From the NCBI GenBank assembly GCA_018238545.1, contig JABCTC010000010.1, positions 29,890 through 93,889 of the forward strand: 64,000 nt of DNA, read 5' to 3'. The notes below the pieces were generated by a model. It was not told where the DNA came from, ran no database searches, and worked only from the letters and a program-made list of their open reading frames with translations. Below, in pieces: positions 9,269 to 19,231 of the stretch (the first letter of the stretch is position 1; each line of letters starts with the position of its first letter). The translations under genes were made by a program, and so were the position numbers. Origin of the DNA: Candidatus Heimdallarchaeota archaeon (GTDB lineage Archaea > Asgardarchaeota > Heimdallarchaeia > Heimdallarchaeales > Heimdallarchaeaceae).

Positions 9269-10115
9269 AAAAGGATTGTATCTGCAAAATATATTCTTTT
9301 GGTACAGAAACTCCACCCAGTGTTCCTTTGTCACCATGAAAATCACTTCCTCCAGTTACCAATAAATCATTTTGTTTACAATAATCTAAAAGAAACTTTG
9401 TAACTTTTTGAATCTTCTTTGCAGGAAAATTTGAGAAAGCGTTTTCATAATTATAATATACTTCAATTCCCTTCAACCCCCATGAAATAAGCATATCTAA
9501 TAATTCTTCCATTTTCTTCAAATCGTGTTTTTCAACGAATAGTGGGTGGGGAAGAACTGCTATCCCTTTTGCTTTATTGATTTGTTGAATGGCTTCTTCT
9601 GGTTCTATAGTCAGTCTAGGCACGTAAGCCGGTCGCCCCTCTGCTAGATATTCATTAAAAGCTTCTTTAATAGAACTCACATACCCTTTTGTTTTTAGTG
9701 CTCTGGCAAAATGTGGTCTTCCTGGGCTAGAGGCATCACCGATTTCTTTGATTACATCATCAAAAATAATATTTAATCCAATTTCTTGAAGTTTTGCTAG
9801 TATTTTGTGTGTCCTGTCTCTTCTAGCGTTTTGTAGTTTCACTAAACTTTGTTTAAAAGTAGAATTATTGGCGTTGAAATTGTAACCAAGTATCTCGATT
9901 TTTTCTTGTTTATGTCTAGCAGAAATTTCTATTCCTGTAATATATGAAAAGGAGTAGTTTACTGAATCCCTACTTGCAATTGCTGTTCCCTTAATTGAAT
10001 CATGATCTGTTATTGAGAAAATGGTGAGTCTCTCCTTTTCTGCCATTTCTAGCAGTTGTAGAGGTGTAAATATTCCATCTGAAAAACTAGAATGGCAATG
10101 CAGATCAATTTTCAT
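9258..10115 (-). CDS. PHP domain phosphoesterase (TrpH/YciV-like)
   Basis: DLHCHSSFSDG, ITDHD, GIEIS, GRPHFARAL and TGGSDFHG. Confidence 0.92.
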   Translation of the reverse strand: MKIDLHCHSSFSDGIFTPLQLLEMAEKERLTIFSITDHDSIKGTAIASRDSVNYSFSYITGIEISARHKQEKIEILGYNFNANNSTFKQSLVKLQNARRDRTHKILAKLQEIGLNIIFDDVIKEIGDASSPGRPHFARALKTKGYVSSIKEAFNEYLAEGRPAYVPRLTIEPEEAIQQINKAKGIAVLPHPLFVEKHDLKKMEELLDMLISWGLKGIEVYYNYENAFSNFPAKKIQKVTKFLLDYCKQNDLLVTGGSDFHGDKGTLGGVSVPKEYILQIQSFFNL

Positions 10116-10119
10116 GTTT

Positions 10120-10533
10120 CTATACCTCTACTCTGTATAATCTCTTGTTTATTTCGTCTACTTCAACAAATGTCTGGTAGATAAGACAAATAACTACCAT
10201 AATCCAAGCAATACCTACAAGGATGAAAGTAAGGGCACTAAATTTGTTAACAAGTGTTGAAATTCCATAAACTATTGCTTCAAGTGCTGCTAGAATAGGT
10301 ATGGATAGAAGCAGTATTGGCAGAAAGTTGATTGTTCTGGTAACATTTAAGCAATTATTTTCTTCTTTCACATAGAATGTGATAATTGATGCTGGTATAA
10401 CTATGAAACAGATTATTTTCATTTCATTGTCAGTTCTTTTTTTTTGTTTCAATGTACTTCTTTTTCTTGATATCTTAGCTATCATATCAAAAAATTCTTC
10501 GGTTTTTAGGGCTAAAAACTGAAACTTCTTCAT
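10120..10533 (-). CDS. Hypothetical membrane protein
   Basis: 137 aa, two C-terminal TM segments; 4-bp overlap with pcp and 4-nt gap to the PHP gene. Confidence 0.6.
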   Translation of the reverse strand: MKKFQFLALKTEEFFDMIAKISRKRSTLKQKKRTDNEMKIICFIVIPASIITFYVKEENNCLNVTRTINFLPILLLSIPILAALEAIVYGISTLVNKFSALTFILVGIAWIMVVICLIYQTFVEVDEINKRLYRVEV

Positions 10534-11162
10534 TCTCTATTCTCCTCTTGTAAATGTTTAATTGTTGTTGTTATTGCAATTTCTAGAGCGTGGATAATTA
10601 ATTCTAATGTCATTGATGGGGAATTTTTACCAATAACCTGCTCAGGGAGTGAAGGAACATGAATGAATCCAGCGGGAATATTAATCTCATTGTTATTTAT
10701 AAACTGCATTAAATGGTAAAAAATCTGATTACATCCAAATGTGCCTGCTGAATTCGATATTTCACATGGGATTTTATTTTCTTCTAGACACTCCTTGATT
10801 TTCCTAATCGGTAATGTGGAGAAATACCCTTCTTTACCATTATCCTCTAATATTTCATCGATTGGTTTTGTACCACAGCTATAAGCAGATTTTTCTAAGC
10901 TAGCGATATTTATCGCAATTCTTTCTAAAGAAATAACTGATCTTGGTGATTGACCAGTACATATTACTATTTCCGGTTTTTCTTCTGTCAAAATGCGCTC
11001 AATAATATTTTTAATTTCATTATAGCGTAGTGGAATCTCAATAGCTTTTATTTTGTATCCATCTATAATCTTCTTATTGAAAGCTTTACATGCTACTATT
11101 GAAGGATTAACATCTGATCCCCCAAAAGGCTCGAAACCGGTTAATATTATCCTTTTTGACAT
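10530..11162 (-). CDS. pcp: Pyroglutamyl-peptidase I (C15)
   Basis: ILTGFEPFGG, ERIAIN (Glu), SNSAGTFGCN (Cys) and GFIHVP (His). Confidence 0.95.
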   Translation of the reverse strand: MSKRIILTGFEPFGGSDVNPSIVACKAFNKKIIDGYKIKAIEIPLRYNEIKNIIERILTEEKPEIVICTGQSPRSVISLERIAINIASLEKSAYSCGTKPIDEILEDNGKEGYFSTLPIRKIKECLEENKIPCEISNSAGTFGCNQIFYHLMQFINNNEINIPAGFIHVPSLPEQVIGKNSPSMTLELIIHALEIAITTTIKHLQEENRE

Positions 11163-11326
11163 ACTATATCAATTCTTTAGCTTAGATTTGCGTTTGAGAC
11201 TAGTTTTAATTAGCAAAATAAAAGCTTTCACGTTTTTCTTATGATACATTCAGTAGATAAAAACTTTGCAATCTAAAGATTTTTAAAAAGAATCATCTCA
11301 ATTTTGACATTCAGAAGGGTTACGCA

Positions 11327-12172
11327 ATGGTAATTAATGAAATTGAAAATATTAGCGGAATTGGACCCAAAGCAGCTAAAACACTTGTAGATTGTGGTTT
11401 CAACACTATAGAAAAACTAGCAAAGGCTACAGCAGATGAATTATCACAATTACCTGGTATAGGGAAATCAACTGCTGAAAAAATGATTCTAAATGCAAAT
11501 GAAGCATTAACTTCAAACAAGAAACCTGTTACTAAAGCAGTCACAAAGAAAGCTGAAGTTAAACCAAAGGTAAAGAAAGTAGATAAAGAGTCAATTCCTA
11601 AACCTCCGGCTTTGAAGAAAAAAGCAGATGAAACATCCATACATCCATCAGTCAAAACTACTAAACCAGTTGCTAAAACCCCACCTAAAAAGCCTGCTGT
11701 TAAAAAACCAGCAATAAAAGCTGAAACAAAGAAACCAATAACTAAAAAACCCGCAGTCAAACCCAAAGCAACTATCGCTGTGAAGAAAGGTATATCATCA
11801 GCTGCTAGAAAAGCTATTAAACAAGCATCTGGTATGCCAAGGATAAAATCTAAGACTTCTAAAAAGAAATCGAAAGTTAAGAAAAAGGTTACTTTGTCTA
11901 AAACATATGGAATTGTCCATTCTGTTCTCCATGATGCTTCAGGTAGATCTTCTAATAGAGCAGTGATATTACATCTTTATGATATGGAACTGCCAATTTA
12001 CAGTTACTTAGGAAGAAAAGTAAGCCTAAAATATGCTAAATCAGATAAACAACTGACTGGAACAATATCACGTGTCCATGGTAAGAAATCTTCCAGAAAT
12101 AATGCTGTTATAGTACGTTTCCAAAAAGGAGTAAGCCCACATATACTATCTGCAAGAGCCACCTTAAAATAA
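11327..12172 (+). CDS. HhH domain + K/P/A-rich linker + ribosomal protein eL33 (L35Ae)-like domain
   Basis: N-terminal ISGIGPKAAKTL...LPGIGKSTAEK HhH pair; C-terminal YLGRKV...LTGTISRVHG...AVIVRFQKGV resembles L35Ae. Confidence 0.7.
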   Translation: MVINEIENISGIGPKAAKTLVDCGFNTIEKLAKATADELSQLPGIGKSTAEKMILNANEALTSNKKPVTKAVTKKAEVKPKVKKVDKESIPKPPALKKKADETSIHPSVKTTKPVAKTPPKKPAVKKPAIKAETKKPITKKPAVKPKATIAVKKGISSAARKAIKQASGMPRIKSKTSKKKSKVKKKVTLSKTYGIVHSVLHDASGRSSNRAVILHLYDMELPIYSYLGRKVSLKYAKSDKQLTGTISRVHGKKSSRNNAVIVRFQKGVSPHILSARATLK

Positions 12173-12216
12173 ACTACCCCAATAATTTTAAAAGGGATTA
12201 TCTATAGTGAAATACA

Positions 12217-12582
12217 ATGGTGACTAAACAAGGTTATATCAGAATTAGTCAGGGAATTTCAATAGGTGGAGGTATACTATATATTATAGGTGGTATCATT
12301 CTAATTGTAGACTTTTTTATGCCTAGTTTTGAGCTGCCCCCTGTTGCAATTGGACTGATAATTGGAACCCCCTTTTATATTATACAGCTGGATATTTTAA
12401 TCCTAACTGTTATTTGTATAGTAATTGGGGCTTCAGCGGTAATTTTCGTGAGTAGGGAAAAGCATATACTGCTTGGAGGCATATTTGTTATTATAGCAGG
12501 TCTTATAGGATTAGGTATTCCAGGCCTGGTAATTATTGTAGGAGGAAGCATCTACATTGTTGCTTCGACGAGAAATCGTTGA
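12217..12582 (+). CDS. Small Gly/Ile-rich membrane protein
   Basis: 121 aa, almost wholly hydrophobic; C-terminal GLVIIVGGSIYIVA shared with the next gene. Confidence 0.7.
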   Translation: MVTKQGYIRISQGISIGGGILYIIGGIILIVDFFMPSFELPPVAIGLIIGTPFYIIQLDILILTVICIVIGASAVIFVSREKHILLGGIFVIIAGLIGLGIPGLVIIVGGSIYIVASTRNR

Positions 12583-12647
12583 TATGTTTTTTTAAAAACA
12601 AATCCATTTTCCTATAAATTTAAATATAAATACCATTTTCTATTAAC

Positions 12648-13004
12648 ATGGCAAAACGAAATAAATCACTTTCTAATGTAGGATCCATTCTAGCTGTTCT
12701 AGGAGGAGCAATTGAAGTCGTTGTAGGCGTTTTAATGCTGATAGGGGAAACCTTAGGTGGTATTGTTGATATTTTTAACACTGCAAACTGGCTAGGTGAT
12801 CTAGTTGGAGGATTAGGAGCAATAGTTGGTGCTATAATACTAATTGTTATTGGTGTTCTTTCCATTCTCTTGGCACTTGGAAGATTCGGATTAGATTGGA
12901 TAGTTTTAGGTATCCTATTAATTGTGCTCGGTGTTGTAGGAAGCGGAATCGGTGGGTTATTAGTAATAATCGGTGGAATACTATTCCTAATTGCTGGACT
13001 GTAG
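12648..13004 (+). CDS. Small Gly-rich membrane protein, paralog of 12217-12582
   Basis: 118 aa with GxxxG-rich helices; C-terminal GLLVIIGGILFLIA. Confidence 0.75.
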   Translation: MAKRNKSLSNVGSILAVLGGAIEVVVGVLMLIGETLGGIVDIFNTANWLGDLVGGLGAIVGAIILIVIGVLSILLALGRFGLDWIVLGILLIVLGVVGSGIGGLLVIIGGILFLIAGL

Positions 13005-13020
13005 AAAGAGTTTACAACTC

Positions 13021-13029
13021 TTTTTTTTT
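13021..13029 (+). terminator. Oligo-T terminator candidate
   Basis: T9 run 16 nt after the stop at 13004. Confidence 0.5.
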
Positions 13030-13089
13030 ATACCCTAATTCATTTTACAATAGTTTTTATACATTGATTCTTCTTTTTAATTGAAGAAG

Positions 13090-16074
13090 ATGACAGAGAA
13101 AAATGCACAGAATCCATCGATGCATATTGGAAAAGAACATTCAACACAAGAAGATGTTTATTTGCCTGTTAAAGCTTTGAGCAAACATATCAGTGTTTTT
13201 GGTCAGAGTGGTTCAGGAAAAACTGTAGTATGTAAAATCCTTATTGAAGAAGCTGTAAGGAATAACATCCCAGCGATTATAATTGATCCTCAAGGGGATA
13301 TTAGTAGTCTTGTTATTGTTGAAGATTATGATAAATTGAAACCTTATGGCATCTCTAAAGCGTTTTTTGAACAATACAAAGATAAGGTGGAAGTCGTTGT
13401 TTTCACTCCAGCATCGGAGAAAGGAATACCTCTTTCCATAAACCCACTAATCATGCCTCCCCAAGAGTTGGACAGAGAAGAAAAGATTCTTGCAATAGAT
13501 GGAATTGCAACAACCATTGCTAATGTTTTGGGCTATAAACTAAATTCTGAAAAAGGAGGAGCAATTAAAGCTTATTTAGTGTCTCTTTTTGAACAGTGTC
13601 TGATCAAAGATATTCTGATTGCAGATTTTGAGATGTTGATTGATTTAATAAAAACAGAAATTGCATACTTACCAGAAAATATCCGAACACTGCTCTCACA
13701 AAAAGAAAAAGCTTCGTTGATTAAGAGAATAAAATCTATTAATGTTGGAGCACCTTCTTTGGTATTCAATTTAGGACCAAAGCTCTCAATTCAGACTCTA
13801 ATAAAACCAACCAATCCTAATAAAGTAAGAATTTCAATAATTTATCTAAATACTTTAACAAATTTAAGGCTGAGGGAAATCTATATTACTACTTTAGCTC
13901 AAAGCCTCTATACATACATTAGATCCAATCCTTCACCAGATCCTCAACTGATTTTTTACATTGATGAATTGGCAGGACCACCACAACTTATACCACCTCA
14001 TCCAAAAAATCCTGTAACAAAACAATGGTTGCAATTATTATTCAAACAGGGACGTAAATTTGGTTTATCAATGCTTGTTGCAACGCAAAATATCAGTGAT
14101 GTCGACTACAAAGCTTTTGGACAAGTTAGTACTTTCTTCTTCGGTCGTTTTGTCACTCCCCAAGATCTTAGAATTGTTGATAATATGCTGCAATCTCATC
14201 CAGACGCACGGTTTATTGTTGACCAGTTACAACAATTCAAAAGCGGTGAATTTTACATTCTTTCACCTGATGTCTTCCCAGAACCAGTTCACATAAGCAC
14301 TCGCAGGCTCTATTCAATCCACAAAACTCTTTCAGATGAAGATGTCGCTAAAATGTATGATTTTCCCCCACCAACGTTATGTAAACAAATTGGAACTTAT
14401 GATCACGATATCGACTCAATGGATTTAGAGGATATTTCAAAGGAACTAAATTTGGATGATTTAGAGAAAGAATTATCTTCAATAAGAAAGTTTTCTAGTA
14501 AAACAAGTCTCTTGGATAAACAAGCAGGAATCGATAAGGCAGAAACTTCTGATTCAGAATCAGAAACTCAACCTGAAGGGCTAGAAGCATTACCCATAGA
14601 AACTAAGGAAGGTTTTCAAGAAGTAATTGAAAAGGAACCAGAGATGGAACCAATCGACTTTTCCAATATAATAAAAACAATGAAAGATCAGTATCTGAAA
14701 TATGAACCAGTAGAATTTAAGGAATTATTAGAAAAATTCTTTGGGAATAAAAAATTAAGTTATCTCGGGACTCAAAATCTAGAATTGGCCTATATACCAT
14801 TTTTGTATTTGGATTTTAGAATTAAAGCTCAACGAAGAATTCAAGTAAACTATGCCAATGCTGATCGTTGGGGTGAAGTAACTCTTGATCTACCAATTAA
14901 ACGAATATTCCCATTACTAGATAAAATTGAGTTAGGGGGAGAAGAAAAAATCTGGGGTCAGAAATCCATACCTATTCAAGCTGAAGAGGTATTTGATGAG
15001 CTCATTTCAGTCCTTCCTCTGAAAAACCTTGGTAGTTTATATGGCACTAAATCCTCAAATATCAGAAAGCTAGAAATTCAAAGAACTCCTGAAACAATAT
15101 TGGAATCCTTCCACGATGTGTTGCTTAATGATGAAACTTTCTATGGACAAGCATGGAAGAAAGCTATTGAAGAAGGATTAGTGAATATTGAAAATGAACA
15201 TAAAGCTGAAATTAATCACTGGGCAGAAGAATTACAAAAAGAAAGAAAAGATATTTTCACTGTAATTGATAGTAAGCGAAAAAGAGTGAAGAAATTCAAA
15301 GCTCAAATTGAGAAAGCTAAAGGAATTTATGTTGCACTGAAACCTTTGATGACAGACAAATACAAATTTAAGAGCAACCGTGATGTTGGGGATTACAACA
15401 AAGCTCTAGAAACAATAAAGTTTGGTCCTGAAGTAATTAAGAATCATATAAAGGAAATTGAAGATGGAGTTGAAAAAATTAAATCAATAGATACTCAGCT
15501 TAAATCATATCCAAGAGTTAAGCTTCTTCAAGATAGCAATTTTACTCTAAGTAAGAAAGATTTTAGCATTCCAAAAGCTAGCGAAATTAAAGATATTTAT
15601 GCTGCAATAATTTATATTCCTGTTTCACTCGCAGAAATATCTATAGTAGATGAGAAAGGCAATAAATTATTGCTTGAAGGGATTGCTGAATCTACTTTAG
15701 GCACTGAAATTCATCTTCTATGTGAAATATGTCTAGAACAGAAATCTTCCAAGATGTTATTTGTTTCCACTCCAGATGTTTGTAGTGTTTGTGGAAAGGT
15801 TTTATGTCAAGACCATTCTATAGAAGGTTCTATATCAAAAAACATAATTTGTACAAATCATGCTGTCGTGTGTACATCGTGTAAAAATGTTGTTTCTACC
15901 GAATATGCAGAGAAATGCGAATTCTGTGATAATTTTACTTGTAATGATCATATTCAAAAATGCTCTCGATGCGGAAAAGTTGTTTGTAATAAGCATGGAA
16001 GAGAAGTAGTTAAAAAGAGTCTTTTCAAAGAAGAAACAGTGATACTCTGTCCTGATCATCAGAAAAGGAAGTGA
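13090..16074 (+). CDS. HerA/FtsK-superfamily ATPase (DUF87/DUF853-like) with coiled coil and C-terminal Cys/His-rich zinc-binding repeats
   Basis: GQSGSGKT Walker A, IIDPQGD, FYIDE Walker B, QGRKFG arginine finger and ATQ; tail with repeated CxxC-x4-CxxH. Confidence 0.85.
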   Translation: MTEKNAQNPSMHIGKEHSTQEDVYLPVKALSKHISVFGQSGSGKTVVCKILIEEAVRNNIPAIIIDPQGDISSLVIVEDYDKLKPYGISKAFFEQYKDKVEVVVFTPASEKGIPLSINPLIMPPQELDREEKILAIDGIATTIANVLGYKLNSEKGGAIKAYLVSLFEQCLIKDILIADFEMLIDLIKTEIAYLPENIRTLLSQKEKASLIKRIKSINVGAPSLVFNLGPKLSIQTLIKPTNPNKVRISIIYLNTLTNLRLREIYITTLAQSLYTYIRSNPSPDPQLIFYIDELAGPPQLIPPHPKNPVTKQWLQLLFKQGRKFGLSMLVATQNISDVDYKAFGQVSTFFFGRFVTPQDLRIVDNMLQSHPDARFIVDQLQQFKSGEFYILSPDVFPEPVHISTRRLYSIHKTLSDEDVAKMYDFPPPTLCKQIGTYDHDIDSMDLEDISKELNLDDLEKELSSIRKFSSKTSLLDKQAGIDKAETSDSESETQPEGLEALPIETKEGFQEVIEKEPEMEPIDFSNIIKTMKDQYLKYEPVEFKELLEKFFGNKKLSYLGTQNLELAYIPFLYLDFRIKAQRRIQVNYANADRWGEVTLDLPIKRIFPLLDKIELGGEEKIWGQKSIPIQAEEVFDELISVLPLKNLGSLYGTKSSNIRKLEIQRTPETILESFHDVLLNDETFYGQAWKKAIEEGLVNIENEHKAEINHWAEELQKERKDIFTVIDSKRKRVKKFKAQIEKAKGIYVALKPLMTDKYKFKSNRDVGDYNKALETIKFGPEVIKNHIKEIEDGVEKIKSIDTQLKSYPRVKLLQDSNFTLSKKDFSIPKASEIKDIYAAIIYIPVSLAEISIVDEKGNKLLLEGIAESTLGTEIHLLCEICLEQKSSKMLFVSTPDVCSVCGKVLCQDHSIEGSISKNIICTNHAVVCTSCKNVVSTEYAEKCEFCDNFTCNDHIQKCSRCGKVVCNKHGREVVKKSLFKEETVILCPDHQKRK

Positions 16075-16091
16075 AATAAATAAGTTCTCGA

Positions 16092-16655
16092 ATGGGTAGA
16101 AGAGCTCCTTTAGTAATCTTGTTAGCAGGATTACCTGGAACTGGTAAATCGACGTTAGCTAGAAAACTTGCTAGAAAGTATAGATTGGAGCATATAAGTA
16201 CAGATTCTGTCAGAAAAAGAATCTTCCGTGATGTCAAACAAAATTCTTTTGGTAGAGGATCTTATTCACAAAGACAGAGGAATGTGGTTTATGATACTAT
16301 CTGCTATGTTCTCTATACTCTTCTGAAACATGGAGTCGGTTGTGTATTAGATGGAACATTTTACCAAGATAAACTTAGGAGCAAGGTAGGTAGAATCTGT
16401 GCACGTTTTGATGCTACATTTGTATTAGTTATAGTAGAAGCCCCAGAAGACTTAATACGCAAGAGGTTTGAAGAGAGAGCGAAGAGAAACAGAAGAACTT
16501 TAAGTGATGCTGATATAAAAGTTTTAGAAAAATACCTAGATCTCTTTGAATCAACAAATCTCCCACATATTGTAGTCAATATGGCAGATGATCACTACAA
16601 AACACTTGAAATGATTGGAAATGCTATCTCAAAAAGAAGTAGTAGAAAAACTTAG
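16092..16655 (+). CDS. P-loop kinase (AAA_33/GntK-like)
   Basis: GLPGTGKST, STDSVRK, VLDGTF and LSDAD. Confidence 0.85.
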   Translation: MGRRAPLVILLAGLPGTGKSTLARKLARKYRLEHISTDSVRKRIFRDVKQNSFGRGSYSQRQRNVVYDTICYVLYTLLKHGVGCVLDGTFYQDKLRSKVGRICARFDATFVLVIVEAPEDLIRKRFEERAKRNRRTLSDADIKVLEKYLDLFESTNLPHIVVNMADDHYKTLEMIGNAISKRSSRKT

Positions 16656-17610
16656 AATCCCGTCAGCTTATCCACACGAGGTTCTAGAAAATATTGATGT
16701 AATTGAAACAAACATTAGTTGGATTTTTCTTACTGGAAACTACGCCTATAAAATGAAGAAATCTATCAAATTTGGTGATGTTTTGGATTTCACATCCTTA
16801 GAGAAAAGGCACGAAACAATAAACGCTGAGTTAGTATTAAACAAAAGAATGGCTCCAGATTTATATCTAAGTGTAGAAATGGTTAATTCTCAAGGAAAAA
16901 TAGGTTTGACGTCTGATCCTATAGAATATCTTGTAAAGATGGTTCAACTTCCTCAAGCTTCCTTACTTCTAAATATTTTGAAGGATGAAGGTTCCATAGA
17001 TAACAGTATTCTACAGAAAATAGCAGATGAAGTATCTGCATTTCATAAGCAAAATATCGTTTATCCTGAATTCTCAATATATGATAGCATTTTTGAGAAA
17101 TGGGATGAGAATTTCAGAACTACTAAAACGTACCTTGGATTTCCATATGATAAAAGTTTAGAAAATAGAGTTTACACGTTCCTAGAGACAAATAAGGAAA
17201 CCTTCGATAAAAGAAAGGACGAGGGAAAAATAGTAGATGGACATGGAGATTTAATTGTAGGAAATATATTCTATAATCAAAATGAAATAATAATTTTTGA
17301 CTGCATTGAATTTAACAATATGTTGCGGATTCAAGATATTTTAGAAGAAGTAGCTTTTCTTTCCATGGATTTAGACTTTCACAAACAGGTTCGATTATCT
17401 GAGTTCTTTATTCAACAATATATGAAAAATATGGGGGAAAAGATCGAAAATCATATCGAACTACTTTATTTTTACAAATCATATCGTGCTTATGTTAGAG
17501 CCAAAGTTTATTATTCTTTAGCCTTACAAGAAGATTCAAATAATCAAAAACAAAAGCTAAAATCATTGACATCAGATTATATGGTTCTTGCATCATCCTA
17601 TAATTTCTAA
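16621..17610 (+). CDS. Aminoglycoside-phosphotransferase-like kinase domain (N-terminal half of Rv2004c-type bifunctional proteins)
   Basis: IETNISWIFLTG.YAYKMKK, LNKRMAPDLY, HGDL..GNI, FDCIEFN and YRAYVRAKV. Confidence 0.85.
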   Translation: MLSQKEVVEKLRIPSAYPHEVLENIDVIETNISWIFLTGNYAYKMKKSIKFGDVLDFTSLEKRHETINAELVLNKRMAPDLYLSVEMVNSQGKIGLTSDPIEYLVKMVQLPQASLLLNILKDEGSIDNSILQKIADEVSAFHKQNIVYPEFSIYDSIFEKWDENFRTTKTYLGFPYDKSLENRVYTFLETNKETFDKRKDEGKIVDGHGDLIVGNIFYNQNEIIIFDCIEFNNMLRIQDILEEVAFLSMDLDFHKQVRLSEFFIQQYMKNMGEKIENHIELLYFYKSYRAYVRAKVYYSLALQEDSNNQKQKLKSLTSDYMVLASSYNF

Positions 17611-17708
17611 ATCATTTCAGTAATCAAGTAAGTCTACAAATACTTTATTAGTCATTTGTCACTAGTTGCGTATCATCATTTGAGATAGTGAAAGAATTGG
17701 TTGATGAA

Positions 17709-18548
17709 ATGAATATTGGTTGTCATGTTTCTATCGCAAAATCTGTTGATCTGGCATTTGATAGAGCTAAAAAAATTGGCTGCTCGACATTTCAAGTTTT
17801 TTTAAAAAATCCTAGAGGGTGGGCTTTCAAAGAAATTTCCAAGGAGGAAACTGAGCGTTTTAAGAAAAAGTATTCGAATTATAATATCTCACCAGTTGTA
17901 GCTCACATATCTTATCTTCCTAATCTAGCTTCACTAGATGATGAAATTTACACTAAATCCATGGATTCATTTCGTCAAGAAATAGAACGATGTGTAATTC
18001 TAGGAATTCCTTATTTTGTTATTCATTCTGGTTCTTATAAAGGCGGGACTTTTCAAGAAGGTTTTGAAAAATATGTTGAATCTATTCAGAAGGGTATTGA
18101 TTTTGGAAAACGCAAAGTTACTATTTTAGTTGAAAACTCGGCTGGGGGAGGAAGAACTCTTACTGGCTCTTTTGTTAATATTAATGCTATTCTCAAGGAA
18201 ATTAATGATTCTAAAGTAAAAGTTTGTTTTGATACATGTCATGCTTTTTCTGCAGGATATGATATCAGCAGCCAATTAGGTGTATCTAATTTCATTGCAG
18301 AAATAGAAACAACAATAGAGATGGAATCAATAGCAATAGTTCACGCAAATGACTCAAAAACAGGAGTGGGATCAAATCGAGACTTACATGAACATTTGGG
18401 TTTGGGGAAAATAGGCAAAATAGGCTTCTCTGAATTGATTAATGATTCAGATCTGAGAAAGAAACCATGGATTCTTGAAACTCCTATCGACGAAAGACGT
18501 ACAGATGTAGAAAATATCAATTATCTTCGTTCTTTAATAAACAAATAG
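17709..18548 (+). CDS. nfo: Endonuclease IV (AP endonuclease family 2)
   Basis: IGCHVSIA, FQVFLKNPR, HISYL, ENSAG, DTCHAF, HANDSK, DLHEH and ILETP. Confidence 0.95.
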   Translation: MNIGCHVSIAKSVDLAFDRAKKIGCSTFQVFLKNPRGWAFKEISKEETERFKKKYSNYNISPVVAHISYLPNLASLDDEIYTKSMDSFRQEIERCVILGIPYFVIHSGSYKGGTFQEGFEKYVESIQKGIDFGKRKVTILVENSAGGGRTLTGSFVNINAILKEINDSKVKVCFDTCHAFSAGYDISSQLGVSNFIAEIETTIEMESIAIVHANDSKTGVGSNRDLHEHLGLGKIGKIGFSELINDSDLRKKPWILETPIDERRTDVENINYLRSLINK

Positions 18549-18571
18549 AATAGAAGAAAGAGAATCTTCTC

Positions 18572-19156
18572 TTAAATTGGTGGGAAGATATTAGAAAACA
18601 CAATAATAAACATAGCTGCGAGGATAATTGTGTAACTACCAGCTAAAAATGAAGGGGCAAGTTTTGCAATACGTTTCTCTCCAGGTCTAATATCTGTATC
18701 AACAGCTTTACCTGTAGTTTCGTCAAGAGCTTGACCTGTAGCCATTTCTTTTACTATTTTCTCTTTTCTCTTCGCTTGAACTTCGAGTTTAGCATCTTCA
18801 AAAGTAATTTTTTCTTTTGAGAACCATCCTTTAATGAATTTTCCAACAACACTGAAGAAATCTAAAGATGCTGATATACCATACAATAAAGCTGATGCTC
18901 CATATATGAATAGGAACAAAATAGTAGAAGATAATGATGTACTACTAAAGCCTAAGCCTAATAAAACTCCTGTAACCATAGCTGAAAACCAGAGCATTGC
19001 TGCTAACAACCATGAATTAAGAGGCATTTGCATCATTTTATCATAAAATATGGCTGTTTTTCCAACTTCAAATGAATAACCACAATAACTGCATTTAAAG
19101 GTAGAACCATCTTCTAACAAATCGATTTTCTCAAGTTTACAGAATTTACAATCCAT
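18572..19156 (-). CDS. Membrane protein with N-terminal zinc ribbon
   Basis: CKFC...CSYC followed by three TM segments. Confidence 0.7.
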   Translation of the reverse strand: MDCKFCKLEKIDLLEDGSTFKCSYCGYSFEVGKTAIFYDKMMQMPLNSWLLAAMLWFSAMVTGVLLGLGFSSTSLSSTILFLFIYGASALLYGISASLDFFSVVGKFIKGWFSKEKITFEDAKLEVQAKRKEKIVKEMATGQALDETTGKAVDTDIRPGEKRIAKLAPSFLAGSYTIILAAMFIIVFSNIFPPI

Positions 19157-19231
19157 TAATAATCACCACGAAACTCAATTTTAAGTAAATTTAATGTCTT
19201 TATATTCTTTGTGGAAGGAACTTCTTTTCTC

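Noticed and set aside
3862-12172. RadA or NusA call for the two HhH-containing proteins
   Set aside because: Only the HhH pair is shared; no RecA ATPase or KH/S1 domains
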